A program made the position numbers and the translations under genes. Under the pieces are notes generated by a model, which was given only the letters and a program-made list of their open reading frames with translations, searched no databases and was not told where the DNA came from. A stretch of DNA of 64,000 bases from an uncultured Acidobacteriota bacterium (GTDB lineage Bacteria; Acidobacteriota; Vicinamibacteria; Fen-336): assembly GCA_963720545.1 (NCBI GenBank), contig OY970399.1:2336001-2400000 (forward strand). The letters run 5' to 3'. This document shows, in pieces, positions 58,243 to 64,000 of the stretch; position 1 is the stretch's first letter, and each line of letters opens with the position of its first letter.

Positions 58243-59226
58243 TCAGTCGACGGGGTAGATGCCGTCTGCGTAGGCGACAGCGTGGTAGCCCTTCGCGCCG
58301 ATCTGATCGGCCAGCGGGCCCAGCACGTTCTCGCCGCGGCGCAGGCGCGCCACCGCTTCGGTGAAATCGGCGCGGGGCTGCCAGCCGAGGTCGCGCCGCG
58401 CCCGCGCGTTGTCGTAAACGCGATCGATCGACGCGAACATCCGGAAGCCGCGCCTTTGGTACTCGTTCTCCCATCCGGGAGCACGTCGCGACACCACCGC
58501 CGCGGCACCGATGCGCAGCTGGGCCGCGTCCTCGCGCAGAAACGGCGTCGTGGCGCTCACGATGTAGCGGCCGAAGCCGATCTGCGGCGCCTTTGCGATC
58601 GCGAGCAGGTGCGCGTCCACGATGTCGGCGACGTCGACGCGCCGGTGCAGGAGCTCGTTGGCCTTGAGGTTCTGGTCCGCGTAGTCCGAGCGCCGCGCGG
58701 CGCTGTCGTCCGGTTCGGGAAAGAATCGCGACGTCCGCAGCACCAGGCAGGGCAGCCGCTCGCGGCGCTGGAACAGCTGGCACAGGTCTTCCGCCGCGGT
58801 CTTGGTGACGCCGTAGATGTTCTTCGGCACCGGCACCACGTCTTCGTCAATCCACGCCGCGGGCGCCCCGGCCGGTGGCGTGAGCGCATCGCCGAAGGCG
58901 CTGGTGGTGCTCGTGAAGATGAATGACGAGACGCCCTCCGCAACCGCCGCCTCCAGCAGGTTGAGGGTGCCGGTGATGTTGGTGTCGACGAATTCCTGGC
59001 GGGTGTGGGTGGCGACGTGCGGCTTGTGGAGCGTCGCCGCGTGCAGCACGGCAAAGGCGCCGCGCACCGCTTCCTTCGCGAACGCCGGGTCGGCGATGGA
59101 GCCGATGCGGTCGGTGAACGGCGAGGCGAGCCGGTCGATGCCCTGCGCCTCGCGGCCCTGGGCGCGCAGCGTGCGCATCAGGGCCTCGCCCAGGTGCCCG
59201 GCGCTGCCGGTGACGAGAATCCTCAT
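58243..59226 (-). CDS. NAD-dependent epimerase/dehydratase (extended SDR)
   Basis: ILVTGSAGHLG, TSTTS, YGVTK. Confidence 0.9.
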   Translation of the reverse strand: MRILVTGSAGHLGEALMRTLRAQGREAQGIDRLASPFTDRIGSIADPAFAKEAVRGAFAVLHAATLHKPHVATHTRQEFVDTNITGTLNLLEAAVAEGVSSFIFTSTTSAFGDALTPPAGAPAAWIDEDVVPVPKNIYGVTKTAAEDLCQLFQRRERLPCLVLRTSRFFPEPDDSAARRSDYADQNLKANELLHRRVDVADIVDAHLLAIAKAPQIGFGRYIVSATTPFLREDAAQLRIGAAAVVSRRAPGWENEYQRRGFRMFASIDRVYDNARARRDLGWQPRADFTEAVARLRRGENVLGPLADQIGAKGYHAVAYADGIYPVD

Positions 59227-59325
59227 GGTCTGGGCCTGATTCTAGACGGCGCACCGGAACAGGCACCCGGCGGCTGGTGTAGCCTGCGCCGCAATCGCGC
59301 GCATCCTTTTCTGCAGAGGTCTGCC

Positions 59326-61113
<1,788 letters not shown>

Positions 61114-61151
61114 TAGCGGCGCCGGCCGCGGCGGCCCCTAGCGGACCGGCT

Positions 61152-62819
<1,668 letters not shown>

Positions 62820-62864
62820 TTAGAAGGTCACCCCGTGGCCAAACATGCTATTTTCCCCCATAAG

Positions 62865-63998
62865 TCACAGATTCGCCAAACGTTGCCCCAATTCGACCTT
62901 CTCCCGGAGGAGGCGATCGAGCGCTTCCCCCGAGGCCGATGCGAGGCTTTTCTGGATTTCCGCCATGCGCGCCTTGAGCGGGCCGAGGCGCAATTCGCGC
63001 ACGCAGCCGGCAGGCGTCGCGTCGCCGAGCGGCGGCGGATCGACCGCGAGTTCGCGCACGAAACGCTGCATGCCTTCCGAAGGTAAGACCGCCAGCACGG
63101 CTTCGAAGTTGACGGCGCCGCCGTCCGCCAGCGAGTCGCGGACGGCGCGCAGGATTTCACCGGTCGCGAGCCGGCCCAGTTCTTCGCTCGTCAGCCCGCG
63201 CAGCGCCTCGAGCGCGCCCTCGGTGTCTGGCTGCAGCACCAGCGCCACGAGCCACCGCTCCGCGCGCGACACTCGCGTGGCAGGGGGGCGCGTGGCGGCC
63301 GGAGTCGGATCGGTCGCCGGCGCTGCCGGTCCGGCACTGGTGGCGGCGGCCGAAGCCACGCGCCGCAGTTCGGCTTCGGTGGCCGCGGCATCCACGGCGC
63401 CGCGGCTCGCCACCTGCGCCACCCACGCCGCGCGCTCCACGCGGTCGGGCACCTTCTGGAGCGCCGGCAGGATGCCGCGCACGAACGCTGCCTTGCCCGG
63501 CGGCGTCTGCGTGTCGTTCTCCTCCAGCCCGCGGCGGATGAGCCACTCGATCGCCTCGGGCGCTGCGTCGAGGCGCTTGCGATAGGCCTCGGCGCCCTCG
63601 GCCTTCAGGTAGCTGTCGGGATCGTGGCCTTCGGGAAGCTCCACGACCGCCACGCGCACCTGCTCCTCGAGCAGGATCTCGATGCTCTTGCGCGCCGCCT
63701 TCTGGCCGGCCGCATCCTGGTCGAAGTTCAGCACCACGCGCCCGGCGAAGCGCTTGAGGAAGCGCGCGTGCTGCGTGGTGAGCGCGGTGCCGCAGGTGGC
63801 GAGCGCCTCGCCGATGCCGCATTCGATGGCGCGCGCCACGTCGAGGTAGCCCTCCATCAGCACCACCTGGTCGCGGCGCCGGATCTCGTCGCGCGCCCAC
63901 GACAGGCCGTAGAGCGTGCGGCTCTTCTGGTAGACGAGCGTCTCGGGCGAGTTCAGGTACTTCGGTTCGCTCGAGTCGAGCGCACGCGCGCCGAACGC
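62865..63998 (-). CDS. dnaG: DNA primase, 5'-truncated by window edge
   Basis: PKYLNSPET, EGYLDV, GTALT, FDQDAAG, DPD TOPRIM motifs; upstream of rpoD. Confidence 0.96.
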   Translation of the reverse strand, partial: AFGARALDSSEPKYLNSPETLVYQKSRTLYGLSWARDEIRRRDQVVLMEGYLDVARAIECGIGEALATCGTALTTQHARFLKRFAGRVVLNFDQDAAGQKAARKSIEILLEEQVRVAVVELPEGHDPDSYLKAEGAEAYRKRLDAAPEAIEWLIRRGLEENDTQTPPGKAAFVRGILPALQKVPDRVERAAWVAQVASRGAVDAAATEAELRRVASAAATSAGPAAPATDPTPAATRPPATRVSRAERWLVALVLQPDTEGALEALRGLTSEELGRLATGEILRAVRDSLADGGAVNFEAVLAVLPSEGMQRFVRELAVDPPPLGDATPAGCVRELRLGPLKARMAEIQKSLASASGEALDRLLREKVELGQRLANL

Positions 63999-64000
63999 CA

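Overview
High-GC bacterial chromosomal window, probably Acidobacteriota (Vicinamibacteria-like; inferred from the PadR plus duplicated ABC-permease pair and general gene content). Left to right: (1) the end of a Wzx/Wzy-type exopolysaccharide export operon (GT4, WecA-like, OM barrel, Wza, Wzc); (2) an apparently uncharacterised RiPP cluster with a 53-aa precursor missing from the ORF track (11613-11774, minus; YxxPxI leader motif, two Cys, C-terminal Ser), a radical SAM/SPASM enzyme, an HPr-kinase-like P-loop protein, a stand-alone PqqD/RRE, an S24/S26-like peptidase with Cys at the catalytic Ser position and a nucleotidyltransferase, divergent from a Fur-family gene; (3) menC-like, folC and a dcw cluster with two tandem mraZ paralogues, no ddl, and a small Zn-ribbon ORF between ftsA and ftsZ; (4) hydrolases, a glycosyltransferase and a B12-type radical SAM; (5) a second RiPP cluster, MNIO (DUF692)/DUF2063 with a 12-Cys tandem-repeat precursor carrying a Tat-like signal, followed by a strong intergenic hairpin; (6) accessory genes around a CAT-anticodon tRNA (probably Ile2), including padR with a double palindromic operator; (7) rpoD and partial dnaG. 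No integrase, transposase, rRNA or CRISPR array was seen. All calls come from reading motifs by eye; no searches were run.
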